From Terriglobia bacterium (lineage in GTDB: Bacteria > Acidobacteriota > Terriglobia > Acidiferrales > UBA7541): DNA of 64,000 nt. The stretch lies in assembly GCA_963695545.1 (NCBI GenBank), contig OY968796.1, positions 608,001 to 672,000 on the forward strand, written 5' to 3'. A program made the position numbers and the translations under genes. Positions 60,903-64,000 of this stretch are shown here, piece after piece. The notes under the pieces are model-generated. The model saw only the letters and a list, made by a program, of their open reading frames with translations. It made no database searches and was not told where the DNA came from. The first letter of the stretch is position 1. Each line of letters opens with the position of its first letter.

Positions 60903-61859
60903 ATGGACGCGACATCGGGCGTAGTTCTGTTCCTGGGATTGCTCGTATTTCTCTTCGTGTTGAGCGTAATTTTCGGTTCGTTCTTCACTGTGCAGACTTC
61001 GCAAGTGGCGATCGTGCAGCGCCTCGGGAAGTTCGCGCGCGTCGCGGGACCGGGTTTGAACTGGAAGACGCCGCTGATCGAAACCGTGATTACGCGCATG
61101 AGCATGAAGGTGCAGCAATTCGACGTGCAGGTGGAAACGAAAACGCAGGACAACGTGTTCGTGCAGATTCCGGTCTCGATCCAATACAAAGTGATGCCGG
61201 ATGGCGTGGAGTCCGCGTTCTACAAATTGACGAACCCGGTGAAGCAGATCGAATCGATGGTTTACAACGTGGCGCTGGGCCACGTTCCAAAAATGAAGCT
61301 GGACGATACCTTCCTGAACCAAGCGGACATCGCGACCGACCTGAGGGACAATCTGGATGGATCGATGAAGGAGTACGGCTACTCGATCGTGAAAGTGCTG
61401 ATCTCGGACATCGTGCCGGACCAGAAGGTGAAGGCGGCCATGAACGATATCAACGCGGCGCAGCGGGAGCGGGAAGCCACGGTGTCTCGCGCGGAGACGA
61501 ATAAGATGCTGCTGGTGAAGCAGGCGGAGGCCGAGGCGGAATCGAAGCGGCTGCAGGGAGAAGGCATCGCGAATCAGCGCAAGGCCATCATTTCCGGGCT
61601 GAAGGATTCGGTGGAGGATTTTGCCAAGGCCGTGGCGGGCTCGACGCCACAGGACGTGATGCAACTTGTGCTGATGACGCAATACTTCGACACGCTCAAG
61701 GAAATCGCGGCGAACGATCACACCAACGCGATCCTGATCCCGCATACGCCGAATACGCTGACGGACCTGTTCGGTCAAATCCGGAATGCGCTGGTGACGG
61801 GAGTGGAACTCTCGAAGACGCCCGTCGTGGGTCCGGCAGTGGAATCGACCCATCGATAA
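60903..61859 (+). CDS. SPFH/Band 7 domain protein
   Basis: RLGKF, ETKTQDNVFV, AMNDINAAQR, TQYFDTLKEI. Confidence 0.93.
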   Translation: MDATSGVVLFLGLLVFLFVLSVIFGSFFTVQTSQVAIVQRLGKFARVAGPGLNWKTPLIETVITRMSMKVQQFDVQVETKTQDNVFVQIPVSIQYKVMPDGVESAFYKLTNPVKQIESMVYNVALGHVPKMKLDDTFLNQADIATDLRDNLDGSMKEYGYSIVKVLISDIVPDQKVKAAMNDINAAQREREATVSRAETNKMLLVKQAEAEAESKRLQGEGIANQRKAIISGLKDSVEDFAKAVAGSTPQDVMQLVLMTQYFDTLKEIAANDHTNAILIPHTPNTLTDLFGQIRNALVTGVELSKTPVVGPAVESTHR

Positions 61860-62009
61860 AACGCCCAACGAGACACGCGGGGTTCGTCTGATGTATCGAC
61901 GAAACGGCGCGCTCGAATCGTGCTCACAACGCATGCGCGCCGAGCCGCGGCGGTGGGCGGCAGAATCCAGCGCAACGCAGAAGGGCCGAGTGCACATCAA
62001 AGCTGTGTC

Positions 62010-63356
62010 GTGAAAATCGCTCTTCCATTCGTCACGCTTATTGCGATTGTATTCGGGGTCTCGATTTCGGCGCCATCGCGCGCGCGGCAGAGCGCGGCCG
62101 CATCGAGCGCGACCGGCTCGCCGACGTTCTACCGCGATGTGCTGCCGATTCTGCAAGAGCGCTGCGAGGCGTGTCACCGCGTGGGCGAGATTGGGCCGAT
62201 GCCGCTGGTGAGCTACGCGCAGGTGCGGTCGTTCGCACGGGTCATCGCAGCATCTGTCACGGCGCGCAAAATGCCGCCGTGGTTTGCCGATCCGCACGTT
62301 GGGCACTTCTCGAACGATCCGTCGCTCACGCCGAAGGAGATCGCGACGCTGGTAACGTGGGCGGAAACCGGCGCGCCTGCCGGCAATCCGCGCGACGCTC
62401 CCGCGGCGCCGCAATTTGCGCGCGGATGGATCATTCCGCAGCCGGATATTGTGTTTCGGATGCCAACGCCGGTGGCGCTTCCGGCCGAGGGCGACGTGCC
62501 CTATACATATGAAATCGTGCACACGGGATTCACCGAGGGCAAGTGGGTGAGCAAGTCCGAAATTCGGCCGACGAGCCGCGAGAATGTGCATCACGCAGTG
62601 GTGTACGTTCGCCCGCCCGGGTCCGATTGGCTGCGGCATGCGCGCATCGGGGTGCCCTTCACTGCGGCGGATATGACGGATGAGCAGGATCGCCTCGATA
62701 CGCACATGACGACGGCCGACATTTTGCTGGTCTACGCGCCGGGGAGTTCGCCGGACAACTGGCCGGCGGGCATGGCGAAATTTATTCCCGCGGGATCCGA
62801 TCTTGTATTTCAGATGCATTACACGACGCACGGTCATCGCGCCGTGGATCAGGCCAGCATCGGGCTGATCTTCGCGAAGCAGCCGCCGGAAAAGCGCGTG
62901 CTCACGCTGCAATTGACGAACGATTCCTTTGTGATCCCGCCCGGCGTGCCGGATTTTCGCGTGGAAGTGCACGGTTCGCTGCCGCAGGACGCGGAGCTGC
63001 TGAGTTTTTTTCCGCACATGCACCTGCGCGGGAAGCGATTTGAGTACAACATTCTGAATACGGATGGCTCGATCGATCCGCTGCTGCGCGTGAATTACGA
63101 TTTCTACTGGCAATTGAGCTATCGGCTGGCCGAGCCGATGCCGCTGAAAGCCGGGACGGTGCTGCAAGCCGTGGCGTGGTACGACAACTCGAAGGATAAT
63201 CCGCACAATCCCGATCCGGATTCCGCGGTTAGCTGGGGCGATCAGACTTACGATGAAATGATGGTGGGATTTTTCGATATCGCGGTGCCGGCGAACGTGG
63301 ATAAGGCGCACTACTTTATTCGCGAGATTTGTGGACCGACGGGGAATGCGCGATGA
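62010..63356 (+). CDS. Exported c-type cytochrome fused to a copper monooxygenase (PHM-like) domain
   Basis: CEACH, VHHA, QMHY, PHMHLRG, DEMM; start uncertain. Confidence 0.8.
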   Translation: MKIALPFVTLIAIVFGVSISAPSRARQSAAASSATGSPTFYRDVLPILQERCEACHRVGEIGPMPLVSYAQVRSFARVIAASVTARKMPPWFADPHVGHFSNDPSLTPKEIATLVTWAETGAPAGNPRDAPAAPQFARGWIIPQPDIVFRMPTPVALPAEGDVPYTYEIVHTGFTEGKWVSKSEIRPTSRENVHHAVVYVRPPGSDWLRHARIGVPFTAADMTDEQDRLDTHMTTADILLVYAPGSSPDNWPAGMAKFIPAGSDLVFQMHYTTHGHRAVDQASIGLIFAKQPPEKRVLTLQLTNDSFVIPPGVPDFRVEVHGSLPQDAELLSFFPHMHLRGKRFEYNILNTDGSIDPLLRVNYDFYWQLSYRLAEPMPLKAGTVLQAVAWYDNSKDNPHNPDPDSAVSWGDQTYDEMMVGFFDIAVPANVDKAHYFIREICGPTGNAR

Positions 63357-63420
63357 AAGGCGGGACGCGAAATTGTTGATTACGGGGGAGTTCGCAGGGC
63401 GCTCGAGTGGCAGCGAAACG

Positions 63421-63823
63421 CCTATATACACCCCCGGTATATTTTGCGAAAGAGCAGAAAACACGGGACTTGCAGCGAAAGAGTGCGGATGAGTGTGAAA
63501 AGAAAGCGTGTTAAAAATGTTTCTTATGAGTGAGTTGCGCACTCTTTTGCAATGGACTGAAAGCAAATGGTTTGTGGGCGCGGAAAATGTGGTGATGGAC
63601 ACGACGCGATCCGGTCGCAGGGGACAGAGAGTAGAGCGAGGCGGAGGAGAATTCGAATTGGTGAGGGCGAACACGTAAGAGGATAGCATTTGTGTCCAGA
63701 GTTGTCAATAACTAAATGAGTATTCGAAATAAATTTCGCGGACAAAAACGGGCGGAGGCAAGCTCCGCCCGTACAACTGCTTACGGAAACGGTCGGGCCT
63801 CGATTCCCTGCTCATTCGAATGC
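63421..63823 (-). other. Dispersed promoter-bearing intergenic element, copy 3
   Basis: GCATTCGAATGA, TTTCGAATA, TTGACA(63708)-N17-TATCCT; body homologous to 31931-32079. Confidence 0.8.
63743..63772 (-). terminator. Intrinsic terminator-like hairpin
   Basis: Minus strand ACGGGCGGAG-CTTGC-CTCCGCCCGT-TTTT. Confidence 0.7.
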
Positions 63824-63919
63824 GATCGCGGCAAGCTGGAGTGAGGGCGTCGGTGAACGATTTGAGACGGACTAATTCTTCCGGGATCGAAGTGGAGATC
63901 GCGCTCGGCGCTACGGCTT

Positions 63920-63997
63920 GTGTCGCCCCTACGGGGCTGAAAACATTTGGTAAAAAATAAAAAGGGGCTTCGTACCCAGGGCTTACGCCCTGGGCTA
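63920..63997 (-). repeat. REP-like element family B, inverted copy
   Basis: Reverse complement matches 5171-5232. Confidence 0.85.
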
Positions 63998-64000
63998 AGC

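Noticed and set aside
60372..63689. 1105-aa minus-strand ORF
   Set aside because: Antisense shadow of the SPFH and cytochrome genes, Arg/His-rich with no domain; typical of high-GC DNA.

Overview
High-GC bacterial chromosomal window, most likely Acidobacteriota. This is inferred from the gene repertoire (PadR plus permease-prefix protein, Zn-ribbon XRE regulator, TMTC-like TPR glycosyltransferase, PEP-CTERM protein) and was not confirmed by search. Housekeeping genes: asnS, rocF, ddl, rfaE1, trxB, cyclophilin, mscL and the rimP-nusA-infB-DUF503-rbfA-truB operon. Accessory genes: an ABC efflux system, an iron-uptake operon, GH5/GH28/GH57 enzymes, a PEP-CTERM/TPR pair and several REP-like repeat families. 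No tRNA, rRNA, transposase, integrase or CRISPR array was seen. Four leads stand out. (1) A dispersed intergenic element in three copies (6548-6834 +, 31711-32079 +, 63421-63823 -), each with GCATTCGAATGA and TTTCGAATA motifs, a near-consensus sigma70 promoter, an AT-rich body and a CCGGG(G/T)GT tail; candidate undescribed ncRNA or non-autonomous mobile element. (2) An FTR1-DUF2318/ABC iron operon whose ATPase is fused to a DtxR-type metal-binding domain. (3) An orphan secretin with seven FG-GAP repeats inserted in the predicted gate hairpin. (4) A SAM-II-riboswitch-controlled 'thrC'-sulfur carrier pair that probably makes homocysteine rather than threonine. All calls come from reading the sequence; no database searches were run.
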